Of a stretch of DNA of 64,000 nucleotides, positions 9,623-22,217 are shown in pieces. Source of the DNA: an uncultured delta proteobacterium (lineage in GTDB: Bacteria > Desulfobacterota > Desulfobacteria > Desulfobacterales > JAFDCJ01); contig CAVYNY010000013.1 of the NCBI GenBank assembly GCA_963769935.1, forward strand, positions 128,001-192,000, read 5' to 3'. The first letter of the stretch is position 1. Each line of letters opens with the position of its first letter. The notes beneath the pieces are model-generated. The model ran no database searches. It was not told where the DNA came from and worked only from the letters and a program-made list of their open reading frames with translations. The position numbers were made by a program, and so were the translations under genes.

Positions 9623-10525
9623 CTACACCTTCTGCGAATCGGAGCGCCCCAGGAGGCCGGCCGGTCTGAATATCAGGACCAACACCAGGATGACGAATGC
9701 AAAAACATCTTCATAGTCGCTGGATACAAATCCGGTGAAAAACGATTCGGACCAGCCTAAAACCAGGCTTCCCAAAACCGCCCCCGGCATGCTGCCGATC
9801 CCGCCCAGCACGGCGGCCACAAAGGCCTTGATGCCGGCAATAAATCCGATATAAAAATTGATCTGGCCGATATGCGAGGCAATCAGCACACCGCCCAGTG
9901 CCGCCGTGGCGGATCCGACGATAAATGTAAAGGATATGACCTTGTTGACGTCCACCCCCACCAGCAGCGCCATTTCCCTGTCCTGAGCGGTCGCCCGCAT
10001 CGCTTTTCCGACCCGGGTAAATTTGATCAGATAGGTCAGCAACAACATGACGATGGCGGTCGTAATGATAATTACCACCTCCGGCGTGCTGAGGAAAGCG
10101 GAATAAGGTTCGAGAATTTTAAGGTCGGGTATGAGGCTGGGAAACGGCAGGAAGTCCGAGGTCTGGGCCAGCAGCACATAGTTTTGTAAAAACAGAGACA
10201 TGCCGATGGCGCTGATTAAGGCCGACAATCGCGGTGCGTGTCGCAGCGGTTTGTAGGCGACTTTTTCCACCGTATACCCATAGGCCATGGAATAAATAAC
10301 CGCCACAATCGAGGCGATGAAAATGATCGCAATATGGTTCCATCCCATGAAGCTGAGAACCCCGACAACTATTAAGGCGGTGAAGGCGCCGATCATGTAT
10401 ATTTCGCCATGGGCAAAATTAATCAGCTCAATGATTCCGTACACCATCGTGTAGCCCAGGGCAATCAGGGCATATATGCTCCCCCGCACCAAACCGCCGA
10501 TGAAAAGTTCAATAAAATATTCCAT
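9623..10525 (-). CDS. livH: Branched-chain amino acid ABC transporter permease
   Basis: GSIYALIALGYTMVYGIIELINFAHGE, KAFVAAVLGGIGS. Confidence 0.95.
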   Translation of the reverse strand: MEYFIELFIGGLVRGSIYALIALGYTMVYGIIELINFAHGEIYMIGAFTALIVVGVLSFMGWNHIAIIFIASIVAVIYSMAYGYTVEKVAYKPLRHAPRLSALISAIGMSLFLQNYVLLAQTSDFLPFPSLIPDLKILEPYSAFLSTPEVVIIITTAIVMLLLTYLIKFTRVGKAMRATAQDREMALLVGVDVNKVISFTFIVGSATAALGGVLIASHIGQINFYIGFIAGIKAFVAAVLGGIGSMPGAVLGSLVLGWSESFFTGFVSSDYEDVFAFVILVLVLIFRPAGLLGRSDSQKV

Positions 10526-10677
10526 AATATTTACCGTTGCAGGGCGAATCGTTTATTAGCGCTAAAATATAATGAATCCAGGGTTAGGTGGATCCGGGCC
10601 TGGTCGTGCCTCTCGACGAAATCAGTCGGACGCAGCGCTTTAAGGCTTTTTGAGCAAGGAAGGGGGCGCCAATGCAG

Positions 10678-10714
10678 TTGCGGATTTGGGATTTGGGATT
10701 GCGGATTGCGGATT
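10678..10714. repeat. Heptamer tandem repeat (GGATTTG/GGATTGC)
   Basis: cggatttgggatttgggattgcggattgcggattg. Confidence 0.7.
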
Positions 10715-10872
10715 GATGACAAGGATCCTGGTTCGAAAACTTTATTTTAAAATTTTGTTCTAAAATCAAAAATCCGAAATCGAGGCAACTCCCCACCCGC
10801 CTTGCCCTTGTCGACACAGCCGGATATTTTCAGTCCGGACCGAGGAACATACTTTCAAGCAGTTGAATACAA

Positions 10873-10909
10873 ATCAGGGGTCAGGTCCATTAAAGGACCT
10901 GCCCCTGAT
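10873..10909 (-). terminator. Stem-loop downstream of livK
   Basis: ATCAGGGG-t-CAGGTCC...GGACCTG-CCCCTGAT inverted repeat. Confidence 0.6.
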
Positions 10910-10926
10910 GGGTTTAAGTCAACACT

Positions 10927-12057
10927 TTATTTGACCTCGACATATACCCCGTTTTTAACCTGGTACACGGAAAAGCCGACACCCGTGGCATCGCCGCGCT
11001 CGTCAAAATGAATGGATCCGAGGGGGGTATCCACGTTTTTGGTGTGCAGGGCATTGGACAACGCAGCATAATCCGTGGAACCGGCCTGCTGGATCGCATT
11101 CAGCAACGCCAGCGCAGCCGAATAGGCATTCAGATAAAATGCACCGGGATCTTCGCCGTAGGCTTTTTTGTGGGCCTCAATGGCGGCAATCGCCATGGGG
11201 TTTTTAGATACATCTCTGGGTCCGGTGGCATATACGCCTTCGGCGTATTTTTTGGCAACTTTGATAAAGGTGTCGTCCTTGACGCCGTCATCGGAAATAA
11301 AGATGGTTTTCATGCGTTTTTTACGCATCTGGGTCACGATCTTAGAAGCTTCGGGATGATAACCGCCGAAAATGACGGCTTCGGCGCCCGAGCGTTTGAT
11401 TTTTTGAACCACGGCCGAATAATCAACCGCACCGGGTGTAATTCCCTCAAACAGCACCACTTTGGCCCGCGGATCTTGCTCCAGAAATGTTTTGGCGAAC
11501 TCCGCCAGTCCTTTGCCGTAATCACCCTTGTCATGCAGCACCGCGACCTTTTTGAGTTTGAGAACATTCAGCGCAAAGTCGACTTCAAGGCGTGCCTGGG
11601 CGTCGTCGGAGGCGATGGTACGGTAAAAATTGGGGTAGTCGCCGCTCTGGGTCAGAGCCGGATTGGTGGCGGACGGCGACATGGCAATAATGTTTGAATC
11701 TTTGTAAATACCAAGCGCAGCTTTGGTGGCGCCGCTGCAAATATGCCCCAAAACCACATCTACCTTTTCCGATATCAGCTTGGTGGCGGTGTTGGTTGCT
11801 ACCTCGGGTTTGCAGACATCGTCTTCAACCAGCAGCTCAACTTGTTTACCAAGCACTCCGCCTTTGGCATTGATATCCTTGACGACGAGCTCGGCGGCAT
11901 GAACGGTGGGAATTCCGTAGGAAGCCAGATCACCGCTGTGAGGCCCGGCAACGCCCATCTTAATCGTATCCCCGGCCAGGGCAGGGCTAAAGGTACAGAC
12001 GGCCAAAAACAGACCAACCATAGTCAGAACAACCAGTTTTCCGAAATTTCGTTTCAT
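10927..12057 (-). CDS. livK: Branched-chain amino acid ABC transporter substrate-binding protein
   Basis: Signal peptide; GHICSGAT, SPSATNPALT, HDKGDYGKGLA. Confidence 0.93.
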   Translation of the reverse strand: MKRNFGKLVVLTMVGLFLAVCTFSPALAGDTIKMGVAGPHSGDLASYGIPTVHAAELVVKDINAKGGVLGKQVELLVEDDVCKPEVATNTATKLISEKVDVVLGHICSGATKAALGIYKDSNIIAMSPSATNPALTQSGDYPNFYRTIASDDAQARLEVDFALNVLKLKKVAVLHDKGDYGKGLAEFAKTFLEQDPRAKVVLFEGITPGAVDYSAVVQKIKRSGAEAVIFGGYHPEASKIVTQMRKKRMKTIFISDDGVKDDTFIKVAKKYAEGVYATGPRDVSKNPMAIAAIEAHKKAYGEDPGAFYLNAYSAALALLNAIQQAGSTDYAALSNALHTKNVDTPLGSIHFDERGDATGVGFSVYQVKNGVYVEVK

Positions 12058-12094
12058 AATACTTTATTCCTCCTTCAAGTTGCATAATGTAGGG

Positions 12095-12126
12095 CAGATT
12101 CGTCCGAAAACAGATTCGTCCGAAAA
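12095..12126. repeat. Exact 16-bp tandem duplication in the livK leader
   Basis: CAGATTCGTCCGAAAA x2. Confidence 0.85.
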
Positions 12127-12360
12127 CATGTTTTTATAATAAAATGGAAACACTGAGTCAAGATCGAATTTCAATATTCTCAAGTTTTCCAAAGCACAAT
12201 TTACACCCGCCGAAGCGCTGTTTATCAGGGCGGCCTAATTCGCAAAAATTGCTTGCTGTTCAAACCTGATGCTTGTATGAATACACTGTTCCGGATTTAT
12301 GCCTGCCGCAGGTCGATTCGAACCTGCTGGAAATAAGATTAGAAAGATTGGACTGCTATT

Positions 12361-13215
12361 TTGCGCAAAGTCGGATTATTTGTCAAAAAAGATAAAAATG
12401 CCTGCCAGGAAGCCGATAAATTTGAAGCGTGGCTCGCCAACAAAAATATCCAGGTGCTCAGAAAGCAGAGCGCACCGCCGGACATGCATTCATCGGCCGA
12501 TAATCAGATTTCAGCACCGCCGGATCTGTTTTGCTTGTTTGTGCTGGGGGGAGACGGCACCTTTTTGAGCGCCGCTCGCTGGATCGGGGATCTGAATATT
12601 CCGGTGCTGGGAGTTAAATTCGGCGAGATCGGATTTCTGGCGGAAACCGCCGCCGAAAACCTGTTTACAGCCGCCGAAAAAATAATCAGCGGTAATTATT
12701 CCATCAGCCGCCGCATGCGCCTCAATGTGGATGTGGTACGGGAAAATAAGAAGATCGTCAGCGAATCCGTCCTCAATGATATTGTCATAAACAGGGGCGC
12801 ATTGGCCAGACTGGCCGACGTTGAAACCCACATCAACGATCACTATCTGACGACATTCAGATCCGACGGGCTCATTTTGGCGACTCCGACCGGTTCGACG
12901 GCCTATTCCCTGGCGGCCGGCGGTCCGGTCATCCATCCCGATGTTCCCGGTATCATTATCACCCCGATCTGCCCCTTCACTCTGACCAACCGGCCCTTGA
13001 TCATTCCGGATTCAATCCGGATCACACTCAAGCTCGCCCAGGGGGCGTCCGATATCATGTTGACCTTTGACGGCCAGAAAGGCCTCGATATAAGCGATCG
13101 GGATACCATTATCGTCCGCAAAGGTCCCCATCCGCTCAACATGATTACACTGCCCGGCCAGCACTATTTTGACGTGCTGAAAGCGAAGCTGAGGTGGTCG
13201 GGGGGAAGGGCTTGA
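12361..13215 (+). CDS. nadK: NAD(+) kinase
   Basis: LGGDGTFL, LND, DGLILATPTGSTAYSLAAGGP. Confidence 0.95.
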   Translation: MRKVGLFVKKDKNACQEADKFEAWLANKNIQVLRKQSAPPDMHSSADNQISAPPDLFCLFVLGGDGTFLSAARWIGDLNIPVLGVKFGEIGFLAETAAENLFTAAEKIISGNYSISRRMRLNVDVVRENKKIVSESVLNDIVINRGALARLADVETHINDHYLTTFRSDGLILATPTGSTAYSLAAGGPVIHPDVPGIIITPICPFTLTNRPLIIPDSIRITLKLAQGASDIMLTFDGQKGLDISDRDTIIVRKGPHPLNMITLPGQHYFDVLKAKLRWSGGRA

Positions 13216-13241
13216 TAGGTGAGGTGATAGTTGATAGATTA

Positions 13242-13282
13242 TCATAGTTGATAGGTCATAGTTGATAGGTCATAGTTGATAG
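13242..13282. repeat. 14-bp tandem repeat x3, with partly complementary arm downstream
   Basis: TCATAGTTGATAGG x3; AACTATG/AACTATC motifs at about 13337-13400. Confidence 0.75.
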
Positions 13283-13386
13283 TAAAATGGATCTGGCTGC
13301 AGCTTTTTTTGATTTACGGTGAATTATCTGCCAAAAACTATGCCCCATGAACTATCATCCATGCACTATCGACGATGTACCATCAT

Positions 13387-13779
13387 CTATATCCTATCGA
13401 CTGCTTTTATTTCAAATAGGTTCCCGTCGAAATCCTTGATAAAGGTCAGGGTCTTGTCTCCCTTCGGTATTTGGCTGATCTCGACGTTTAAAGTGCGACA
13501 TTTTGCGATAAAATCGGAGAGAGCATCGACTTCAAGGCATTGGTGCGAAATTTGTCTGGATTTATTATCAATCAGGCTGGTAATAAATACCTCGAAGTGG
13601 AGCTTTTCATCCATGTAGTTGATAATTTGCAGTTCGGCCTCGAGGTTGAAAATGGCTTTGGAAAGATCGGACGGTAAAGTTTTAGGCTCCGATTTACTCA
13701 AGCCTAATAGATCCTGATAGAATTTATCCGCCTTGTCTTCAGTACTGCAGGTAAGTCCCACATGTTTTAGCAGCATCAC
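13387..13779 (-). CDS. VOC/glyoxalase family protein
   Basis: LKHVGL..FYQDLLGL, FIKDFDGNLFEI. Confidence 0.85.
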   Translation of the reverse strand: MMLLKHVGLTCSTEDKADKFYQDLLGLSKSEPKTLPSDLSKAIFNLEAELQIINYMDEKLHFEVFITSLIDNKSRQISHQCLEVDALSDFIAKCRTLNVEISQIPKGDKTLTFIKDFDGNLFEIKAVDRI

Positions 13780-13839
13780 GGCCTCTTAAAATGAGCCAAA
13801 ATATTTTTTCCGTATCAGAAGTACTTCCTACCAACCGAC

Positions 13840-14865
13840 TCAGGCATTCGGTTTAATAATCACCTTAATCGATTCGCGCCCATCCAGGACCAGTTGAAAC
13901 CCTTTGGAAATATCCTTTAAAGGCAGCCGGTGGGTGATCATTTCATCCACAACGATGCTTTTCGAATCGATAAGGTTTATCGATTCGACTATATCCGGCG
14001 GTCCGCAGTAATAGGAGGTAAGTATTTTGATTTCCCTGGTCCAGAATTTATTAATCGGTACGGTAACTTTTTTGTCCGGACCGGGGACTGCAAAAAAGAC
14101 GACCGCCCCCCCCTTTTCGACACACTTCCAGGCCTGTTCAACAGCCGACATGGCCGAGGTACACAAAATGACGATATCGGCTTTTCGGCCGGTTTCAGCA
14201 GCCAGTCGTTCCGCAACATTTTCAGCGGCATCAATGGCGACGTCCGCTCCCAAGCCGGAGGCAATTTGCAGCCTTTGCGGGTTGATATCGGTGGCAATAA
14301 TGCGGCATTTTCCGGCTTTGGCAAGCTGGACATGCAGCAGTCCGGACATACCGCAACCCATTACCAGCACCGTCTGATCGCCCCGCACCCCTGCCAGGCG
14401 CTGGGCTCTGACCACACAGGCCAGCGGCTCGATAAACGTACTTTCATCATAGCCGATATTGTCCGGCAGACGATAGGTACCATTTTCGACGAGTGCCGGC
14501 GGTGCGAGAACATATTCGGCAAATCCGCCGGGCAGTCGTTCCGCAATCATAGAACAAACAGGATAGTGCCCCTTTTTACAATAATCGCATTGCATACACG
14601 GCACTTTCGGTGCAATGAAAACCCGGTCTCCGGGCTTATATTTTTTTACCGATTCCCCAACGGCCGCCACCTCAGCGCCGATTTCATGCCCCTGCACCAG
14701 GGGTGCGCGGGGAAGCCGGTACCATTCAACAACATCACTGCCGCATATGCCGCACGAATTTACTTTGACCAGGATCTCATTGGGGCCGGGCGTTGGTCGT
14801 GGAACCTCTTCGATGCGAATATCTTTATTGTTGTACCAGACGGCAACTTTCATTTTGTGATCCAA
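13840..14865 (-). CDS. Zinc-dependent alcohol/polyol dehydrogenase (MDR family)
   Basis: CGICGSD, GHE, CMQCDYCKKGHYPVC, GCGMSG. Confidence 0.92.
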   Translation of the reverse strand: MDHKMKVAVWYNNKDIRIEEVPRPTPGPNEILVKVNSCGICGSDVVEWYRLPRAPLVQGHEIGAEVAAVGESVKKYKPGDRVFIAPKVPCMQCDYCKKGHYPVCSMIAERLPGGFAEYVLAPPALVENGTYRLPDNIGYDESTFIEPLACVVRAQRLAGVRGDQTVLVMGCGMSGLLHVQLAKAGKCRIIATDINPQRLQIASGLGADVAIDAAENVAERLAAETGRKADIVILCTSAMSAVEQAWKCVEKGGAVVFFAVPGPDKKVTVPINKFWTREIKILTSYYCGPPDIVESINLIDSKSIVVDEMITHRLPLKDISKGFQLVLDGRESIKVIIKPNA

Positions 14866-15103
14866 TCAAGCAGGTGAAATCGTTAACAATTCAGCAATTC
14901 AGAGGATGTTTGTATTTTCCAATCAGCCTTTTTTCGGATTGTTGACTTACGTTTTCTCTTACAATATATAGAACCCAATGGTCAACCGAATTAGAATCAG
15001 CGGGGTTAAAACCGGTTCTATCATATACGAAACATCCAAAGGGTGTCGAAAGGCCGCAGAACCGCCTGCAACCTTTCTTTGCTGAAAGAAACAGGGAATT
15101 GCT

Positions 15104-16015
15104 GTGCGCATACATCGAAGTCCGGCAGAAGGGACGAAAGGGCAATTGGCCACGGCATGTCTGATAATTTTGTTTAGTTTCGCGTCTGCCGCCGCCTATG
15201 GCGCCGATCTCCTCTCACTTATCGAATTCAAGGGCCAGGGAAGCATTGATTGGACCGCAGGGGTTGTCACGGCCAGGGGCATCGGCGATCCTTCGACCTA
15301 CAGCTATCCTGCCAGGACCCAGGGAAACCAAGAACAGACTGCAACCGAAGCCATCACCAAAGCCCGTCACAACCTGCTGGAAACTATTGTCGGCATGCGG
15401 ATAAATGCCCAGGACAGGGTGATCGATATTATCGAAAATTACCCTTCCATTATGACCTCTCTGCGGGAGATGGCTTATAAAGCGCCGGAAGTCGAAAATC
15501 TAAGGACGTATCTCTACGACGGCGGGGTGGAGGCGTGGTCCCAGCTGGCATTCAACGGTGGATTTTCACAGCTCATACTCCCCCCTGATATCAGGCAAAT
15601 CGAGTCCATTAAACAGGTTTTACCGCGCCGGGATCCCGCAAATCCGCCCAACAGGAAGCGCTCAACGGATATATACACCGGAATGGTGGTCGATGCCAGG
15701 GGTATTGGGGCCGTCCCGGCAATAGCGCCCAGAATCTTGGATGAAAATCTGGAGGAAGTATTCGGACCGACATATGCCAGTCGTGAATTCGCAGTTCAGC
15801 ATGGCGTCGTGCATTATGCAACCAACATTTGGCAGGCAAAATTCGATCAGAGGGTTTCCGACAATCCCATAATAGTCAAGGCCCTTAAAACCGTCTGGCC
15901 GGGCCGCTGCGACTTTATCATCAGCAATGCCGATGCCGGCAAGCTGCGCCGAGAATCGGAGCATCTGCTGTTTCTGAGAGAGTGCCGGGTGATTATCGTC
16001 CTCGATCCGATGTGA
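15104..16015 (+). CDS. Exported conserved protein (LPP20-like family)
   Basis: Hydrophobic signal; GSIDWTAGVVTARGIG and YTGMVVDARG motifs. Confidence 0.6.
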   Translation: MRIHRSPAEGTKGQLATACLIILFSFASAAAYGADLLSLIEFKGQGSIDWTAGVVTARGIGDPSTYSYPARTQGNQEQTATEAITKARHNLLETIVGMRINAQDRVIDIIENYPSIMTSLREMAYKAPEVENLRTYLYDGGVEAWSQLAFNGGFSQLILPPDIRQIESIKQVLPRRDPANPPNRKRSTDIYTGMVVDARGIGAVPAIAPRILDENLEEVFGPTYASREFAVQHGVVHYATNIWQAKFDQRVSDNPIIVKALKTVWPGRCDFIISNADAGKLRRESEHLLFLRECRVIIVLDPM

Positions 16016-16023
16016 ATGGCCCC

Positions 16024-16214
16024 GCAGACAGAGAACAGACGCGAGGTCAGAAGGTGAGAAGGTGGGAAGGTTAGAAGTTGAGAAGATATGTTTTTTTCCA
16101 TATTCCGACTCAATTTCCTTCCCCCAATTTCCATCCGTGATCTGTCTTCCGCCCACTGTCTTCTTACATCTGACTTCTGCCCTCTGTCCGCTGTCCGCTG
16201 TCCTCTGTCGTCTG
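16024..16214. repeat. Degenerate 7-8-mer repeat tract with complementary arms between convergent genes
   Basis: cagacagagaacaga / gaaggtga runs, then tctgacttctg / ctctgtc runs. Confidence 0.65.
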
Positions 16215-16219
16215 GAACT

Positions 16220-17491
<1,272 letters not shown>

Positions 17492-17546
17492 CTATTTCAA
17501 ATTTATCCGCATCGAGTTAATGCACGTATACGCAAAAAGACCGGGG

Positions 17547-18743
17547 CTAGCCTTTGCAGGCGTCGGCCGGTTTTTCGCCCTTCAACCCTGCCATCTCTCT
17601 GATCATATCGGCCTTGTCTGTTTTTTCCCAAGAAAACTCGGGTTCATTGCGGCCGAAATGACCGTAAGCCGAGGTCTTGCGATATATGGGACGCAGCAGG
17701 TCAAGATATTCGATGATGGCGCGGGGTCGCAGGTCGAATACCTCTTTTACAATTTCTTCAATCCGTTGTTTGGGAACGATACCGGTGCCCATCAGATCGA
17801 CCATTATAGATACGGGTTCGGCCACACCGATGGCATAGGCGATTTGAATTTCGCATTTTTTGGCGACGCCGGCCGCGACGATATTTTTGGCGATATGGCG
17901 TCCCATGTATGAGGCGCTGCGGTCCACCTTGGATGGATCCTTGCCGGAAAAACAGCCCCCACCGTGGCTGCCCTGGCCGCCATAGGTGTCGACGATGATC
18001 TTGCGGCCGGTCAATCCGCAGTCGCCCATGGGGCCGCCGATGACAAATCTGCCGGTGGGATTGATAAAATAGCGGGTGTCACCGTCCGTCATCTCCAGCG
18101 GAATCACTTTTTTGATAACTTCCTCAATAATCGCCTCTCTCAGATCTTCATGGGTCACTTCCTCTTTGTGCTGGGCGGAAACCACCACGGCATCCACGCG
18201 TTTAGGGGTGCCGTTTTCATATTCGATGGTAACCTGGGATTTTCCGTCCGGCCGTAAAAAATCCAGGGAACCGTTTTTGCGAACCGTGGCCAGACGACGA
18301 CAGAGTTTGTGGGCATATGTGATCGGCATCGGCATCAGTTCAGGGGTCTCGGCCGAGGCAAACCCGAACATCAGCCCCTGGTCGCCGGCGCCCTGGTCCT
18401 TAAAGAGTCCTTCGCCTACATTGACGCCCTGGGCGATGTCCGGCGATTGGCGATCGATACTGGTAATGACCGAACAGGTTTGATAGTCAAACCCCATCCG
18501 CGATGAAGAATATCCGATCTCGCGAATGGTTTCCCGGACGATCTGCGGCATATGAACGTAACAGTCAGTCGTAATTTCTCCGGCAATAAACGCCAGACCG
18601 GTCGTAACCATGGTTTCGCAGGCAACCCGGCAATTTTTGTCCTGGGCCATAATGCTGTCCAGAATTGAGTCGGATATGGCATCGGCGATCTTATCCGGGT
18701 GGCCTTCGGTCACTGACTCGGATGTAAAAAAGTATCTATCCAT
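17547..18743 (-). CDS. metK: S-adenosylmethionine synthetase
   Basis: [44 protein letters not shown] 18743 after AAGGAG. Confidence 0.97.
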   Translation of the reverse strand: MDRYFFTSESVTEGHPDKIADAISDSILDSIMAQDKNCRVACETMVTTGLAFIAGEITTDCYVHMPQIVRETIREIGYSSSRMGFDYQTCSVITSIDRQSPDIAQGVNVGEGLFKDQGAGDQGLMFGFASAETPELMPMPITYAHKLCRRLATVRKNGSLDFLRPDGKSQVTIEYENGTPKRVDAVVVSAQHKEEVTHEDLREAIIEEVIKKVIPLEMTDGDTRYFINPTGRFVIGGPMGDCGLTGRKIIVDTYGGQGSHGGGCFSGKDPSKVDRSASYMGRHIAKNIVAAGVAKKCEIQIAYAIGVAEPVSIMVDLMGTGIVPKQRIEEIVKEVFDLRPRAIIEYLDLLRPIYRKTSAYGHFGRNEPEFSWEKTDKADMIREMAGLKGEKPADACKG

Positions 18744-19127
18744 GAATTCTCTCCTTGATCCGGTTATTTGTATTTTACTCTGCCGTTTGGATTGGGCGTT
18801 GCGCGAAATCAAGCAGAAAGATTGCTCACGCGATTGTCACAAAACAGGCGGAAATATTTAAGTTGCGACTAAAATAAATGATCATAAATCATCAAAAAAT
18901 TTCTGTCAATAAGCAGGTTGCCACTTGAATATTTAACCGATTTTTGTTTGACTTTGTTAGTATACCTGTTATTGGCTTCATATGCGCCCAAATGATTGTT
19001 GTCTGATAGATTGGAGGTGATAGGGCTGCCTTCAAATTTTTTCAGCAACAAAGCCGGCATACGTTTTGAGTTAAGAATCCATTGTCAATACTCCAGGCAA
19101 ACAAAAATCAAAAGCGAAGGAGGTATT

Positions 19128-22100
19128 ATGAAAGTAAACCGACGGGAGTTTATCCAGGTTACCGGAGCTGCGGCTGCCGGACTTGCCTTCAGCGGATTGG
19201 GATTTGACCTGCGCCCGGTCAAAGCCCATGCCCAGATGCTGAAAACCAAGTATGCCAAGGAAACCACCACCATCTGCTGCTATTGCGCGGTGGGCTGCGG
19301 TGCCATCGTACATACCAGCCAAAAAGGCGACGGCCGGGTCATCAACATCGAAGGCGATCCGGACCATGTGATCAACCGGGGCTCGCTGTGCTCGAAAGGT
19401 GCGGCCCTGACCCAGTTGGTGGAAAACAGCGAGCGCATCACCGAGCCGATGTACCGGGCGCCGTATTCAAAAGAATGGCAAAAGGTTTCCTGGAACTGGG
19501 CCTTGACGGAAATCGCCCACCGCGTCAAAGCCACGCGCGAGGCTACATTTGAGGCCAAAAACACCAAGGGGCAGCTCGTCAACCGCACCGGGGGCATCGC
19601 CTCGGTGGGCAGTGCCGCTCTGGACAACGAGGAGTGCTGGCTTTACCAGGCACTGATCCGGGCCATCGGGGTGACATATATCGAACACCAGGCTCGTATC
19701 TGACACAGCGCCACAGTTGCGGCTCTGGCAGAGTCGTTCGGACGCGGCGCGATGACCAATCACTGGATCGACATCAAAAACAGTGACTGCATTTTAATCA
19801 TGGGCAGCAATGCTGCCGAAAACCACCCTATTTCCTTCAAATATGTGGCTGCCGCCCAGCAGCGCGGCACCCAGCTGATCAATGTGGATCCCCGTTTCAC
19901 GCGCACTTCTTCCAAAGCAGACATCTACGCGCCCATTCGATCGGGGACGGATATCGCTTTTCTGGGGGGTATGATCAAGTATATCCTGGACAATGACCTC
20001 TATTTCGAGGAATACGTCGCCAATTACACCAATGCGCCTTTTATCGTCGGGCCGGCCTATGATTTTAAGGACGGTCTGTTTTCGGGCTACAATGCGCAAA
20101 CCCGCAAGTACGACCAAAGCAAATGGGCCTTTGAGATGGACGCCAACGGCGTGCCGAAAATGGATCACACCCTGCAGGACAAACGATCTGTGTTTCAGCT
20201 GCTGAAAAATCACTATGCCCGTTACACCCCCGAGCTGGTGTCTGAAATCACCGGAACGCCAAAAGAGAGTCTGTTGGTAATTTACAAGACCTATGCCGCC
20301 ACGGGTGCCAGGGGCAAGGCGGGGACCATCATGTATGCCATGGGCTGGACCCAGCACACCGTAGGGGTTCAAAACATCCGCGCCATGGCGATCATCCAGT
20401 TGCTGCTGGGCAATATGGGGGTTGCCGGCGGCGGCGTCAATGCCCTGCGCGGGGAGTCCAACGTCCAGGGCTCCACCGATCACTGCCTGCTGTGGCACAT
20501 CTGGCCCGGTTATCTGAGAACCCCCCGGGCATCCGACGTGTCACTGGCAGTCTACAATGAGAAGTCGACCCCTAAGAGCAACGACCCACTCAGTGCCAAC
20601 TGGTGGCAGAATTATCCTAAATATTCGATTAGCTTGCTCAAGTCGTTTTTCGGGGATAATGCCACCGCTGCCAACAATTTCGGCTTCAACTGGCTGCCCA
20701 AGGTGGACGACGGCCAAGATTACTCCTGGCTGACGCTGTTTGACGAAATGTACAAGGGCGCCTTCAAGGGATTCTTTGCCTGGGGCCAGAACCCGGCTTG
20801 CAGCGGCGCCAACGCCGGTAAAAACCGCAAGGCGTTTGCCAAACTGGACTGGATGGTCAATGTCAATCTCTTTGCCAATGAGACCGGCTCCTTCTGGAAA
20901 GGACCAGGGGTCGATCCGGCCGAAATCAAGACCGAGGTTTTTTTCCTGCCGGCCGCCGTGTCAGTTGAAAAAGAAGGCAGCATCACCAACAGCGGCCGCT
21001 GGAGCCAGTGGCGCTACCCGGGCCCCAAACCGCTGGGCAACAGCCTGCCGGACGGCCAGATGATCATGGAACTGGGCCACAAAATCAAAGCCGAATATAA
21101 AAAGGGCGGCACCCTGCCGGAACCAATTGTCAATCTCAAGTGGGATTATCTGACCGACGGCAAGTACGATCCCCACAAAGTCGCCAAAGAAATCAACGGC
21201 TACTTTTTAAAAGACGTCACTATCAAAGATAAAACCTACAAACAAGGCACCCTGGTGCCCAGTTTTGCCTTTCTGCAGACCGACGGCTCGACCTCGTCGG
21301 GCAACTGGCTTTATTGCAACAGCTATACCGAAAAAGGCAATATGGCGGCCCGCCGCAGCCAGAAGGATGCCCCCAACAACATCGGACTGTACCCGGAGTT
21401 TGCCTGGTGCTGGCCGGTTAACCGCCGTATCATATACAACCGCGCCTCGGTGGATCTCAAAGGGCAGCCCTGGGACAAGGAACAGCCGGTCATCCAATTC
21501 GCCGGCGATTCCGCCGACGGCAAGTATATTTCGAACAAATGGGTCGGCGATGTTCCCGACGGCGGCTGGTATCCCATGCAGAATCCCGACGGCACCATGC
21601 GCGCGGATTCCAAGTATCCGTTTATCATGCGCAAGCACGGACACGGCCAGATCTTCGGCCCGGGACGGGCCGACGGTCCTTTCCCGGAACACTACGAGCC
21701 GCTGGAATGTCCCATCGAGAAAAACCTGCTGAGCAGCCAGCGGATGAACCCGACCGCACCGGTCTATGGAACCAAGGCTGACGAATGGGCCAGCTGCGAT
21801 CCGCGATATCCCTATGTGGCGACCACCTACCGCGTGACGGAACACTGGCAGACGGGGGTCATGACGCGCTGGCAGCCCTGGCTGCTGGAAATGCAGCCCC
21901 AGGTATTCGTGGAAATGAGCGAGGAACTGGCCCTATTGAAGGGCATTAAAAAGGGTGAGCGGGTCAAAGTTTCATCCCCGCGCGGCTCCCTGATGGCAAC
22001 GGCAATTGTCACCAAACGGTTGCAGCCGTTTAAAATCGGCGGTGCCGTGGTGCACCAGGTCGGGTTGCCGTGGCATTATGGCTGGCGCATGCCGGTCAGC

Positions 22101-22202
22101 GGTCTGGAGGAAAGTGCCAACCTGCTGACGGCGGCCACCGGCGATCCCAACACCCGCATTCCTGAAACCAAAGCCTTTATGGTGAATGTCACCCAAAAAT
22201 AG
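19128..22202 (+). CDS. fdhA: Periplasmic formate dehydrogenase alpha subunit, selenocysteine at codon 192 (1024 aa)
   Basis: RBS AGGAGG; Tat motif NRREFI; CCYCAVGC...CSKG; EHQARI-UGA(19701-19703)-HSATVAALAESFGRGAMTNHW in frame, joining track ORFs 18996..19703 and 19752..22202; LRGESNVQG. Confidence 0.97.
19719..19737 (+). promoter_or_regulatory. SECIS hairpin of fdhA
   Basis: GCGGCTCT-GGC-AGAGTCGT; loop 23 nt after the UGA. Confidence 0.75.
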
Positions 22203-22217
22203 AAGGAGGTGATCGCG

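Noticed and set aside
12308..12327. GCAGGTCGATTCGAACCTGC as a tRNA fragment
   Set aside because: A lone hairpin with no cloverleaf
13242..13282. Tandem repeats as a CRISPR array
   Set aside because: Units of 7-16 bp without spacers and no cas genes; same for the other repeat tracts
19055..19070. Sigma-54 promoter for fdhA (CGGCATACGTTTTGAG)
   Set aside because: The -12 element reads GA rather than GC; too weak to call
18744..19127. SAM riboswitch upstream of metK-ahcY
   Set aside because: No recognisable SAM-I/II/SAH consensus by eye; an Rfam scan would be decisive
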